From NCBI GenBank assembly GCA_965200965.1, contig OZ241744.1, forward strand, positions 1,696,001 to 1,760,000: DNA of 64,000 nucleotides, given 5' to 3'. Positions 31,401-41,144 of the stretch are shown here, one piece after another; the stretch's first letter is position 1, and each line of letters starts with the position of its first letter. This DNA comes from an uncultured Candidatus Binatia bacterium. Lineage in GTDB: Bacteria; Desulfobacterota; Binatia; Bin18. The translations under genes and the position numbers were made by a program. The notes below the pieces were generated by a model that had not been told where the DNA came from, did not search any database, and worked only from the letters and a program-made list of their open reading frames with translations.

Positions 31401-31471
31401 CTTCAATGCGCCTATTCCTTAAGGTAGCGGGCGCTGACAAGACCGCCCTGCGACACGGAAGGAGCCTGAAG

Positions 31472-32683
31472 ATGGATTTTGAATACGCGCCCAAGGTCAC
31501 AGCGCTGCGCCAGAAGGTCCAGGACTTCATGGATGAGCACATCTATCCCAACGAAAAGACCTATGACGAGCAGCTCAACAGCCAGGGCGACCGGTGGCAG
31601 ATTCCGCCCATTATCGAAGAACTCAAACACAAGGCCAAGGCCCGCAACCTGTGGAACCTGTTCCTGCCCGAGAGTGACCACGGCTACGGTCTCACCAACC
31701 TGGAATACGCGCCTCTGGCCGAACTCATGGGTCGCGTCCACTGGGCGTCCGAGGTATTCAACTGCTCGGCCCCGGACACCGGCAACATGGAAGTCCTGTC
31801 GCGCTACGGCACCACGGAGCAGCAGGACCGCTGGCTGCGCCCCCTGCTGAACGGCGAGATCCGGTCGTGCTTTGCCATGACCGAACCCGCGGTCGCCTCG
31901 TCTGACGCGACCAATATCGAGTCGAGCATCGTCCGGGACGGTGACGAGTACGTCATCAACGGCCGCAAATGGTGGTCATCGGGCATGGGCAACCCGTGCT
32001 GTCAGATCATCATCTTCATGGGCAAAACCGATCCCGCCAACCTGAGTCGCTATCTCCAGCAGTCGCAGATTCTGGTGCCGCGCGACACCCCGGGGATCAA
32101 CATCGTTCGTATGCTGTCGGTGTTCGGCTATGACGACGCCCCGCACGGTCATGCCGAGGTCGAGTTCAAAGACGTGCGGGTACCGGCCTCGAACATGATT
32201 CTGGGCGAGGGCCGTGGGTTTGAGATCGCCCAGGGACGGCTCGGGCCGGGCCGCATCCACCACTGCATGCGGCTCATCGGTCAGGCGGAACGCGCCCTGG
32301 AGAAAATGTGCCGGCGGGCCAAGTCGCGCATCGCGTTTGGCAAGCCGGTTTCAGAACGAACCGTGACCCAGGAGCGCATCGCCGAAGCCCGTATCTCCAT
32401 TGAACAGGCCCGGCTGCTGACGCTCAAAGCCGCCCACATGATGGACACGGTCGGCAATAAGGCGGCTCGGGCCGAAATTGCGATGATCAAGGTCGCCGCG
32501 CCGAACATGGCCCTCAAGGTGATTGACTGGGCCATGCAGGCCCACGGCGGGGGCGCGGTGGACGAAGAGTTCGGCCTGGCCAGAGCCTATGCCCAGGCCC
32601 GGACACTGCGCTTTGCCGATGGCCCGGACGAGGTTCACCGTAACCAGATAGCACGCCTCGAGTTGCGCAGGTACGACGACTAA
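31472..32683 (+). CDS. Acyl-CoA dehydrogenase (ACAD10/11-like)
   Basis: [52 protein letters not shown]. Confidence 0.95.
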   Translation: MDFEYAPKVTALRQKVQDFMDEHIYPNEKTYDEQLNSQGDRWQIPPIIEELKHKAKARNLWNLFLPESDHGYGLTNLEYAPLAELMGRVHWASEVFNCSAPDTGNMEVLSRYGTTEQQDRWLRPLLNGEIRSCFAMTEPAVASSDATNIESSIVRDGDEYVINGRKWWSSGMGNPCCQIIIFMGKTDPANLSRYLQQSQILVPRDTPGINIVRMLSVFGYDDAPHGHAEVEFKDVRVPASNMILGEGRGFEIAQGRLGPGRIHHCMRLIGQAERALEKMCRRAKSRIAFGKPVSERTVTQERIAEARISIEQARLLTLKAAHMMDTVGNKAARAEIAMIKVAAPNMALKVIDWAMQAHGGGAVDEEFGLARAYAQARTLRFADGPDEVHRNQIARLELRRYDD

Positions 32684-32723
32684 GGGGAACCACCCCGGTC
32701 AGACCAGGGCCGGAAATACGGAA

Positions 32724-33503
32724 TTAACTGTTGCCGAACAGGCGGTCCGAATCCATGTACTGCCCCGCCAGACCGGCCAACAGCGCCCCGACATCGGGCG
32801 CGTCAAGCACCAGATTCCCCACCAGCACGGCGTCAACCTTGCCCAGCAGGGCCGCGCATTCGTCGGCGGTTGCGGCTTCATCCAGGGCCAGCACGGTCTT
32901 GTGGCGGGGTATCAGGGCGCTGAGCCGCTCAATCTGTTTCATGTCTATCCGGCCCGAGGCTGAGCTGATCCCCAAGACAAACGCGCCAGCGCCCAGCGCC
33001 CGGTCCACCTCGGCCGGGGTCTGCACGGCGACCACCGGCGTCATATGGTTGGCGCTGGCGGCGCTCATCAGGCGGGTCAGGGCCTCAGGCTCCGGTCCTC
33101 CGGCCCAGACGGGCACCGCGTCCGCTCCACACAGCCGGGCGTGGTGAATCTGGTGGGGATGGATGATGAGGTCAAGCCGCAAGAGGGGCGCACTGACCGC
33201 CTCTGAAACCGCCCGCAGGTCTTCGAGCGAGGCACCAAACACGGTCGGCTCGGTGTACACGCCGACCGCGCCAACCTCGGCCTCATCACAGGCCCGAGCC
33301 AGCGCCACCAGGTCGGTCTGCGGCCAGCCCCGCCCGGTGTGGGGATCGAGCCGCTTGAGGGCCGCGATACAGGCGAGTTCCTGCTTATGGGTCGTAACAT
33401 ACTGGGCAAAGGCCCGGATGCTGGGGCGTACCTCGCTCACCGACAGCTGGGCCAGGCGTTCAAGCTCGGCGTCCTTTGCGGCGCGTAAGGCTTGCCAGTC
33501 CAT
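32724..33503 (-). CDS. TrpC (indole-3-glycerol-phosphate synthase)-like TIM barrel with degenerate active site
   Basis: V.TEPTVFGAS.EDL.AV..AV..PLLR.D.I.HP.QI..AR..GADAV and DAVLVG match TrpC; most catalytic positions are substituted. Confidence 0.8.
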   Translation of the reverse strand: MDWQALRAAKDAELERLAQLSVSEVRPSIRAFAQYVTTHKQELACIAALKRLDPHTGRGWPQTDLVALARACDEAEVGAVGVYTEPTVFGASLEDLRAVSEAVSAPLLRLDLIIHPHQIHHARLCGADAVPVWAGGPEPEALTRLMSAASANHMTPVVAVQTPAEVDRALGAGAFVLGISSASGRIDMKQIERLSALIPRHKTVLALDEAATADECAALLGKVDAVLVGNLVLDAPDVGALLAGLAGQYMDSDRLFGNS

Positions 33504-33554
33504 ACACCTGGTCACGAAAGGAAACGCTGACGACCGTTTCGCATGAGGATGCTC

Positions 33555-33851
33555 TCAGCGTTCACTGTTTCGGAAACGCGACAGATCGGGCAGGCCGGTC
33601 CGGGCGGTCACGCCGCCATCAACCCGGATCGCTTCACCGGCCAGAAACGACACCTCGTCAGAGACCGACACAGGACGGTGTAGGCGATATCCTCGGGCCC
33701 GCCCATCCGACCGGGCCGCGGGCCGCTTGCCGCTCAGGTCGGCAATCACCACCGCCGCGCCCTCCTGGACAGAACCGCCGGCAGTCGCCGCGCCAATACC
33801 AGAGCCGCCGGCGGTAATAACGGCTCCCCTGCGCGTGAATCGTCCGGCCAT
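33555..33851 (-). pseudogene. Short-chain dehydrogenase with large internal deletion
   Basis: N-terminal AVITAGGSGIG.A.A...EGAAVVIADL joined almost directly to C-terminal SDEVSFLAGEAIRVDGG; no YxxxK; 98 aa. Confidence 0.8.
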
Positions 33852-33928
33852 CGCCGTCTCCCCCTTCCGCCTGGTCCTGGCCGGAGTTAAAGCACCCTGA
33901 ACCGGCCAAGACAAGAGGACCGGGCCGG

Positions 33929-34870
33929 CTAGGGGGCGGAAGAAACGGTCACAGTAGGGGAAGAAAACGGCAGCTCCTGGCGGATAGCCACGCCGACCTG
34001 CTGAGCGCTGGCCGCCGACGGAAACGGCCCGAGCACTACCTGATACCAGCGGCTGGCCAGCCCGGGCGGGGCCAGCAGTTCGGCCTGGTAGCCCCTCTGG
34101 CGCAAAAGCTGGACCGCAGAGCTGGCCGACTCGGCCGACTCAAAAGCGGCGACCTGGAGCCGGTACGAGGCCGGGGCCTGGCGGGTGGACTCAGGCCCGG
34201 TCGGCAGGGCAGGCGGCAGGGCGTCGGCCAACTCGGGCCGGGCCGGACTTGCCGGCACCGGATGGTAGGGCAGGTCGGGCACCCGGGCAGCCAGATTGCG
34301 CGCCAAGTCGTCAACGGCCCGCTGTATCTGTTCATCGCTGATATCACGCAGCAGCAGCACCGCGTTCGGCACAATGCCGATGGGCGACAGGGGCAGGCCG
34401 CCAGACCGGAACCGGGTGGTGTACGACTCCTCAACCAGCGACCGGCCGCTCTGCGTGTCAATCAGCCGGATACCAGCGTCAAGCACGATGTCGGCGTACA
34501 AGCCCAGATACAGGCGCCTGGCCTGGGTCACGATCCCGTACACCAGAGCCTGACAGCCAAGGGTCTCGCCCAGCGCCCGGGCCGACAGCCCTCTCCAGTC
34601 CGGCGGCAGCCTGGCATCGATCTCGTGCAACTCGACATCGACAAAGCGTTTGGTGCTCAGGTGGCCGGCAAAACTGCGGCGCACCTGAGTGACAACCGCC
34701 GGCCGCCCGGTCCTGTTGCTGAAGGGCAGCACGCATACCCGCTTGGGGTTGGGGTCCTGCTGGCTCCAGGCCACAAAATGAGAAGATGGGGGGGCTGGCT
34801 TTTGCACCCCGCAGGCCGTACACACCAGGGCGAGGCACACGCCCCACACCAGACCAGCATACTTCTTCAT
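33929..34870 (-). CDS. Lipoprotein (DUF799/GNA1162-like) with C-terminal SPOR domain
   Basis: Lipobox-like CTAC; VCVLPFSN; YRLQVAAF...WYQVVLGPF SPOR motifs. Confidence 0.75.
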   Translation of the reverse strand: MKKYAGLVWGVCLALVCTACGVQKPAPPSSHFVAWSQQDPNPKRVCVLPFSNRTGRPAVVTQVRRSFAGHLSTKRFVDVELHEIDARLPPDWRGLSARALGETLGCQALVYGIVTQARRLYLGLYADIVLDAGIRLIDTQSGRSLVEESYTTRFRSGGLPLSPIGIVPNAVLLLRDISDEQIQRAVDDLARNLAARVPDLPYHPVPASPARPELADALPPALPTGPESTRQAPASYRLQVAAFESAESASSAVQLLRQRGYQAELLAPPGLASRWYQVVLGPFPSAASAQQVGVAIRQELPFSSPTVTVSSAP

Positions 34871-35038
34871 CCTCACCTCCCATCCACACCGCATGCTGTG
34901 TCCTTTGTACAGCAATCCGGGCCGGGAAGAAACGGGCCACGGCCGCATTCTTGTCCTCCGGTTCCAAAGCGGCTAGACTGTGGGCTGCGCTGAACGACAC
35001 AAGCCCCGCGGCCTGCTCTCGTCCAGCCCTCCTCACCG

Positions 35039-35917
35039 ATGCTTACCTCCACCTTTCAACACCTGCGCGGCATTGGCGAAAAGACCGAGAAAAAAATCTG
35101 GGCGGCCGGTCTGAGCAACTGGCAGACCTTTCTGGACACGCCCCACCGGGCACCCTTGAATCCGTGGCAACGCGAGCAGGCCTGTCGCCAACTTGAACAG
35201 TCGCTGCGCCGCCTGCAATGCGGCGATGCCCAGTACTTCAGCCAGCGGCTGGCCCCGGCTCTCCACTGGCGGCTGTATCCCGAGTTCTGCCAACGGGTGG
35301 CCTATCTCGACATTGAGACGACCGGGACCTCTCCCCCTGCATGCGCGATTACCGTCATCGGTCTGTACGACGGGCAGCACCCCCAGGTCTATGTGCAGGG
35401 CCGTAACCTGGCCTGTTTTGGGGCGGATATTGGGGAGTTCACGCTGCTCGTGACCTACAATGGGCTGGCCTTTGACCTGCCGTTTCTCCGCCGTGAGTCA
35501 GGTCTGCCGCTCCGCCAGGCACATATTGACCTCCGCCACCCGCTGGCCGCCCTGGGCTATACCGGCGGGCTGAAAAAAATTGAGCAGCGGCTCGGCCTGG
35601 AACGCGAGGGCCCGCTGGCCCTGTTGGACGGCTGGTGCGCGGTGCTGCTGTGGCAGCATCATATGCAGGGACAGGCCGGTGCCCTTGAGACGCTGCTCCG
35701 TTACAACCTCGAAGACGTGATCCACCTGCCGGCCCTGCTGGCCGAGGTGTATAATACGCACGTCCGCGGCCTGCCCTTTGCGCTCCCCGTCCTGGAGTTT
35801 CCCCGGCCGCCGGCGATTCCGTTCAACTTTGACCCTGGGGTTGTCCGCAAGGTGCTGACAGCCACCGGCAAAATCTCCCCCAGCCACCTTGAGAGCAGTT
35901 CGTCCCGGGCGCACTGA
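35039..35917 (+). CDS. YprB-like RNase H-fold exonuclease
   Basis: YLDIETTG, TYNG..FDLPFL, HIDL, GGLKKIE..LG, YNLED. Confidence 0.88.
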   Translation: MLTSTFQHLRGIGEKTEKKIWAAGLSNWQTFLDTPHRAPLNPWQREQACRQLEQSLRRLQCGDAQYFSQRLAPALHWRLYPEFCQRVAYLDIETTGTSPPACAITVIGLYDGQHPQVYVQGRNLACFGADIGEFTLLVTYNGLAFDLPFLRRESGLPLRQAHIDLRHPLAALGYTGGLKKIEQRLGLEREGPLALLDGWCAVLLWQHHMQGQAGALETLLRYNLEDVIHLPALLAEVYNTHVRGLPFALPVLEFPRPPAIPFNFDPGVVRKVLTATGKISPSHLESSSSRAH

Positions 35918-35948
35918 AAAAGTGGAGCCAGACAGAAGGGATAGCGTT

Positions 35949-36332
35949 ATGGCAGACGATTCTTCGGAAACAATTCCCCGCATCAAGGTATCAAGCGCCT
36001 ACCCTGGAGCGTGGTATATCGTTGAGGTCAATGGTGGTGAGGGCAAGCTCCACATGGAACTCCGCCGCCCGGTCGGCGAGGAGGACAACGATGTCTTTCA
36101 CCTGAATGTCCGCGCCCCGCTCCAGCCCTTTGAGGTGCAGAGCACCACGAGCGGCGGCGTCAAGCATACCCATGAGCGGATCGAGTCTGCCCATCTGAGC
36201 TTTTCCGGTCCCCGCACGGTGTGGCCCGACTTTGTGCGCTGCATCCAGGCCCTGGCCAGTATTTTTGATACCCTGGAAACCAGCCCGCTTGACCGGGAGA
36301 AGGTCAGAGAGCACTTTTTTAAGAAAAAGTAG
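35949..36332 (+). CDS. Hypothetical protein
   Basis: 127-aa ORF with coding-like codon usage following the exonuclease gene. Confidence 0.65.
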   Translation: MADDSSETIPRIKVSSAYPGAWYIVEVNGGEGKLHMELRRPVGEEDNDVFHLNVRAPLQPFEVQSTTSGGVKHTHERIESAHLSFSGPRTVWPDFVRCIQALASIFDTLETSPLDREKVREHFFKKK

Positions 36333-36340
36333 CCGGGCCG

Positions 36341-37435
36341 CTATTCGACCTGCATCTGTCGGGTACGGACGACCACATCGTCACGGTGGGTCTCAACCCG
36401 CACGCGGCGCTGCCCTCCATCGTCCTGTACCGCATAACCAATACTGTACTGCGCGCGTAACTCCCGGGATATCGTCCGGGTGGCCTGGGCCAGCGTGGCC
36501 CGGAGGTCCGGCAGGTCGGCCGTATTCAGCAGAAAATGTTTCCCGCCGGTCTGGGCACTCATCTGTTGCAAGGTTTTGACATCAACCCGCTGGGCACCCT
36601 GATTCGGCAGCATGGCATAGCGGCCAATCATAATCCGCCGTCGGTCGCCGAGATAGCTATGGGGATTGCCAATGCCGATGGTATAGATCAGCACCCCGGA
36701 GCGCCGGGCGGCGTCAAGCATGGCGTCAAGCGGGGTGAGGCTGGCGGTATCGTAGCCGTCGGTCATCACGATCAGGGCTTTTTTCTGGTGACGGCCGCGT
36801 GTGACCCGGCGCAGGCCGTCCACAACGGCGTCGTGCAGCGCCGTTCCCCCAATTGGCCGCAGTTGGCTCACCGCCTCGATGAGCAACATCCGGCTGTCGG
36901 TAAAGTCCTGGAGCAGGCTGAGTTGGTGGTTGAACTGTTCAAGAAAGACCTCATCGCCGCGTCTGATCTGGCCGATGAGACCCCGGAGGGCGTGACGGGC
37001 AGGGCCTCTTTTGGCACGCATACTGCCGCTGCCATCAACGAGAAGCCCCAGACTCACCGGCTCCCGGCGGCCGGTATTGAAGTAGACGATGTTCTGCGGC
37101 ACGCCATCAACATACAGGCGAAAGTCCCGGGGTTTGAGGTCTGGAATATAGGTGCCCTCAAAATCCGTCACCGTCACCGTCACAACACGTCTCGGCCAGT
37201 GGGCGAGAGGCGGGGCGGGGGGCGGGAGCGGACTTGTGAGCGTGTCAGAAGAGACGACCGGCGGCACGGTTTCCTGCCCGCCCTCGGCGTCCTGGGCCCG
37301 GACGCCCGACACCATCAACACCAGCGTCAGCAGGCTGATGAGCAAAGGTGACGCAATTGTCTGTATGGCCGTGGCCCTCCTGCCGGCGAGCTTAGCCCCT
37401 GGTCCGCCCAGGAACAAGGGGCGAGCGGGGTACAA
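36341..37435 (-). CDS. Secreted VWA-domain protein (start uncertain)
   Basis: LLVDGSGSM MIDAS motif, GGTALHDA, MTDGYD, ELRAQYSIGY. Confidence 0.88.
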   Translation of the reverse strand: MYPARPLFLGGPGAKLAGRRATAIQTIASPLLISLLTLVLMVSGVRAQDAEGGQETVPPVVSSDTLTSPLPPPAPPLAHWPRRVVTVTVTDFEGTYIPDLKPRDFRLYVDGVPQNIVYFNTGRREPVSLGLLVDGSGSMRAKRGPARHALRGLIGQIRRGDEVFLEQFNHQLSLLQDFTDSRMLLIEAVSQLRPIGGTALHDAVVDGLRRVTRGRHQKKALIVMTDGYDTASLTPLDAMLDAARRSGVLIYTIGIGNPHSYLGDRRRIMIGRYAMLPNQGAQRVDVKTLQQMSAQTGGKHFLLNTADLPDLRATLAQATRTISRELRAQYSIGYAVQDDGGQRRVRVETHRDDVVVRTRQMQVE

Positions 37436-37443
37436 GCCGGCTC

Positions 37444-38388
37444 TCAGCGTGCCTCACGGCGCAGCACCGCAATTTTGTCCCGAATCCCGGCCGCGTCGTC
37501 GGCACCCGGCACCAGGACCAAATAGCGGTCATAGGCCTGGGCCGCGGCCCGGAGGTTGCCGGTCTCCTCAAACGCTTGGCCGAGGTTGCGATGGACCGCG
37601 CCAAAGTTGGGGTCAAGGCGGAGCGCCATCATATACCCACCCATCGCCTCACTGAGCCGGCCGGCCATGCGGAACGCCTGACCGAGCATATTGCAGGCTT
37701 CGACATAATTTGGCTTGAGGCGCATGGCAATCAGAAAGGCCGCGGCCGCTCCCGGCCCATCCCGCCTGGCCAGCAGGCGTGTGCCGCGCCGAAAGTGGTC
37801 TTGAGCCGAGCCGGCGGCCGGCGTTGGGGTTGTGCCAGATTCGAGAGCCTGGCGGAGGGCGGCAGTTTCATCGCTGGCCGGAGTTGCTTCCAGATAGCGG
37901 CGGTAGGCTTCGCGCGCGCCCTCTCTATCGCCACGTCGTTCCAGGGCGTTACCCAGATTGTAATACGCCTGGGCGTTCAGCCGGGTTGCCCGGCGGAAGG
38001 CGGCAATCGCGCCGTCGAGGTCGCCCTGGTCATACAGGGCCAGACCGAGACTATGGGCGGCATCAACCCGGTCCGGCTGGAGGTCCAGCGCCCGTTGGAG
38101 GGCGCTGACAGCCGCCGGGATTTTGCGGTGGAAATAGTAGGCCATCCCCATGTTGGTCTGCGCTTCGACCAACTGAGGGTCTATCCGCAGAGCCCTGGCA
38201 TAGGCTTCAACCGCGGCTTCCCAGCGGCCCCGACTCAGGGCGTTGTTGCCGCGCTGCATCTGTTCCTGGACCGCGGGGTTGGGGTGGGACACGGGCGGGG
38301 CGAAAGGAGGGCCGGGCTGGCCGGCAGCCCGGCCAGCCAGCCCGACAAGGGCGAGCAGCCCCATCAGCAGTGTTGCGGCGTGGCGCAT
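37444..38388 (-). CDS. Secreted tetratricopeptide-repeat protein
   Basis: Signal peptide MRHAATLL..; repeated A..NLG.A.......A...Y..AL...P units. Confidence 0.85.
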   Translation of the reverse strand: MRHAATLLMGLLALVGLAGRAAGQPGPPFAPPVSHPNPAVQEQMQRGNNALSRGRWEAAVEAYARALRIDPQLVEAQTNMGMAYYFHRKIPAAVSALQRALDLQPDRVDAAHSLGLALYDQGDLDGAIAAFRRATRLNAQAYYNLGNALERRGDREGAREAYRRYLEATPASDETAALRQALESGTTPTPAAGSAQDHFRRGTRLLARRDGPGAAAAFLIAMRLKPNYVEACNMLGQAFRMAGRLSEAMGGYMMALRLDPNFGAVHRNLGQAFEETGNLRAAAQAYDRYLVLVPGADDAAGIRDKIAVLRREAR

Positions 38389-38481
38389 GGGGGTCATCAT
38401 ACACCACAGGCCAGAGAGGCCAAGACGGGGGCTTGCCCTGCCTGGCCGGCTGTGATTGTGTCTGGAGCGAGGTTTACGCCT

Positions 38482-39051
38482 ATGCCGCCCGTTGAAACCA
38501 CGGCATCCCCACCGACCCTGTTGCTCAGCCTGCTTGTCCTGCTGCTCAGCCTTGGTGTGCTCGTGCCGCTGGTCGTCGTGCTGCTGGCCGCCTTCCAGGC
38601 TGCCTTTGGCGGCTTTTTTGAGCGGGCCGCCTTTCGGTGGGCGGGTCTGCGCTGCGGCCAGGGCGACGCCCTGGTTGAGCAGGGCGACTTTGCCGCCGCC
38701 GTCCGGCTGTTTGGCGAGGCGTTTTTTCTGCGCCCCATCCGCCGCGACGCCGAACTGCTGTCTGATATTGCCAATTACCACACCGGTCTGCTGAGCCGCC
38801 TGCTCACCATTGCCGACGAGATGGGGAAAGGCGTTACCCACCTGCCATCTCTGGCCGCGGTAGACCGTCTGCTGGCCGAGCGCCTTGAGATGCAACTCGC
38901 CTACTTTCGGGCATGCAAACGCCAAGACAGCGAGCAGCTGCGAGACAGCCAGGAGCGTCTCAAAAACAATCACAAGCTGACCCGGCTGGCCATCAACCGC
39001 CTGCTGGATGAAATCCGCTCCTCTCCGGAAGAGCGCATGCAGTATCACTAA
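38482..39051 (+). CDS. Hypothetical membrane-anchored helical protein
   Basis: Long hydrophobic N-terminus followed by a helical domain; upstream of the aminotransferase gene. Confidence 0.65.
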   Translation: MPPVETTASPPTLLLSLLVLLLSLGVLVPLVVVLLAAFQAAFGGFFERAAFRWAGLRCGQGDALVEQGDFAAAVRLFGEAFFLRPIRRDAELLSDIANYHTGLLSRLLTIADEMGKGVTHLPSLAAVDRLLAERLEMQLAYFRACKRQDSEQLRDSQERLKNNHKLTRLAINRLLDEIRSSPEERMQYH

Positions 39052-39070
39052 CCCCGTCCGTAGGAGCGCC

Positions 39071-40279
39071 ATGCTCGATGTCAACGCGATCAAGGCCGAT
39101 TTTCCGGGCGCTTCACAGCAGGTCTACCTGAATACCGCGGGCGTCGGCCTGCCCCCCCGCTCGGCCCTGGACGCCGTACAGCGGGTCTGCCGGCTGCTCG
39201 GCCAGGGCCCGGCCCGGTTGGGCTCTGGCGACTACGCCCGGGCGCTTGGCGAGTCGGCCGTCACAGCCAAAAACGAGGCCGCCCGACTGCTGCGCGTCAG
39301 TCCCCAGGAAATCGCGTTGATCGACGATACGACGATGGGGCTGAATATCGCCCTGGCTGCCCTGCCCTTTGCGCCGGGCGACAACATTGTGCTGTGTGAC
39401 CTGGAGTATCCCCAGGTGGCGATCAGCGCCGGCCACCCCCAGCGGCACAGCCAGGTCGAGGTCCGCGTCGCCCGTCATACCGGGGGTCTGGTCAGCGTTG
39501 ACGACTACGCCCGCCTCGTTGATGCACGCACCCGGCTGCTGCTGGTCAGCTCAGTCCAATGGATCAACGGCCTGCGGATGGACTTGGCCGGCTTCTCTCA
39601 ATTGGCCGAAGAGCGTGGGTGTTTCCTGGTGGTTGACGCCATTCAGCAGCTCGGAGCTCTCCCGCTCGACCTGAGCGGGCTCCGGGTCGATTTTCTGGCG
39701 GCCGGCGGCCAGAAATGGCTGAACGCGCCGTTTGGCACCGGACTCTTGTACATCTCACAGCGGCTCCACGACCAGCTTCAGCCCGGCCTCGCCCACGGCC
39801 TGTTTGCCTACGCCGACCCGCCCGGCGGCTGGATCACATACCTGGGAGACCCGGGCCTGACCCCGTTTGTGTCTCTGCCCCCGGCCCCCGACGCCCGGCG
39901 GTTTGAAATCCACGGGATGCCCAGGATGCTGGGCACGGCCGGCCTGGCCGCATCACTGGCCTATGTGAACCGCCTCGACCGGCACGCGCTCCGTGGGCAT
40001 ATCCTCAGCCTGGGCGATTTTCTGATTGAGGAGTTGACCCGAAGGCACATCCGGGTCTGGACGCCCCGCCCCGCGCGGCTGCGCTCCGGCATTATCACCT
40101 GCGCCCCTTTTCCCGACGCCGAGCGCGTCCATCAACTCGCCCACACCCTCGAGGCCCGGCAGATCTACCCGGCCGTCCGCTACTGTTCGGGGATCGGCGG
40201 GCTGCGTATCTCAATCCACTACTACACTGAGCGGGCCGACCTCGAAGCCCTGCTGGCCGCCCTGGACGAACAGAGGTGA
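39071..40279 (+). CDS. Class V PLP-dependent aminotransferase (cysteine desulfurase-like)
   Basis: YLNTAG, VDAIQ.LG, GGQKWL, LRIS.HYY. Confidence 0.9.
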   Translation: MLDVNAIKADFPGASQQVYLNTAGVGLPPRSALDAVQRVCRLLGQGPARLGSGDYARALGESAVTAKNEAARLLRVSPQEIALIDDTTMGLNIALAALPFAPGDNIVLCDLEYPQVAISAGHPQRHSQVEVRVARHTGGLVSVDDYARLVDARTRLLLVSSVQWINGLRMDLAGFSQLAEERGCFLVVDAIQQLGALPLDLSGLRVDFLAAGGQKWLNAPFGTGLLYISQRLHDQLQPGLAHGLFAYADPPGGWITYLGDPGLTPFVSLPPAPDARRFEIHGMPRMLGTAGLAASLAYVNRLDRHALRGHILSLGDFLIEELTRRHIRVWTPRPARLRSGIITCAPFPDAERVHQLAHTLEARQIYPAVRYCSGIGGLRISIHYYTERADLEALLAALDEQR

Positions 40280-40320
40280 ATCGTCTTATCCGGGCGAGAG
40301 GAAGGCAAGACGATTCACCT
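40274..40320 (+). terminator. Perfect 14-bp inverted repeat overlapping the stop codon
   Basis: AGGTGAATCGTCTT (40274-40287) pairs with AAGACGATTCACCT (40307-40320); only a short U run follows. Confidence 0.5.
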
Positions 40321-40340
40321 TTCCTGACCCGGCTCTCACC

Positions 40341-41060
40341 ATGACCCGGCTCTCACGGGATATCACCGCGGTCTTCTTTGACGCCGCCGGCACCCTGATA
40401 GCCGTCAACGGCTCTGTTGGCGGCATCTACGCCGACCTGGCCCGGCGGCACGGCAGAGCGGTGGACAGGGCCGATGTTGAAGCCGGCTTTGGCCGCGCAT
40501 TTGCCGCCGCCCCGGTCATGGCTTTTCCCGGGGCCGCGGCCGGCGATCTCCCGGGGCTGGAAAAACAGTGGTGGCGGGAGGTGGTCCGCCAGGTCTTTTC
40601 GCCGCTCGGGCCGTTTGCCGGCTTTGACAACTATTTTGACGAGTTGTACGGCTTTTTTGCCCAGCCGCGCGCCTGGCGGCTGTACCCGGACACCCGACCG
40701 ACGCTGGCCACCCTGCACGACCGAGGGCTGCGGCTGGGGGTCATCTCAAACTTTGACTCGCGGCTGTTTGGACTGCTTGACGGGCTGGGCATTGCCGGAT
40801 TTTTTGATCCGGTTGTCATTTCAACCCGGGCCGGAGCGGCCAAACCGCAGGCCGCCATCTTTGACCACGCCCTGGCCCACCACCGGCTGGCCCCCGAACA
40901 CGCCGTCCACGTCGGCGACAGCTATGAGATGGATATCCTGGGGGCCGAGGCGGCCGGCCTCCAGCCGGTCCTGATTGACCGCCGGGCCGAGGCGGCCGGG
41001 TCACACGCCCATCTCGTCACCAGCCTCACCCAGCTCCCGGCCCTGCTCAACCGTTCATAG
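40341..41060 (+). CDS. HAD-family hydrolase (REG-2-like)
   Basis: FFDAAGTL, ISNFD, KP...IF, HVGDS..MD. Confidence 0.92.
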   Translation: MTRLSRDITAVFFDAAGTLIAVNGSVGGIYADLARRHGRAVDRADVEAGFGRAFAAAPVMAFPGAAAGDLPGLEKQWWREVVRQVFSPLGPFAGFDNYFDELYGFFAQPRAWRLYPDTRPTLATLHDRGLRLGVISNFDSRLFGLLDGLGIAGFFDPVVISTRAGAAKPQAAIFDHALAHHRLAPEHAVHVGDSYEMDILGAEAAGLQPVLIDRRAEAAGSHAHLVTSLTQLPALLNRS

Positions 41061-41144
41061 CCACCCATCCCCGCGCACTTTGCGCTTCCGCCCCGGGCTG
41101 GCTATAACGGCAGCCATATTCCGGGTTTGCACAAGGAGGATGTC

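Noticed and set aside
37444-39093. Overlapping long ORFs on both strands (549 aa minus, 491 aa plus)
   Set aside because: Explained by two divergent genes (TPR from 38388 on minus, membrane protein from 38482 on plus), each extended by GC-rich antisense open frames.
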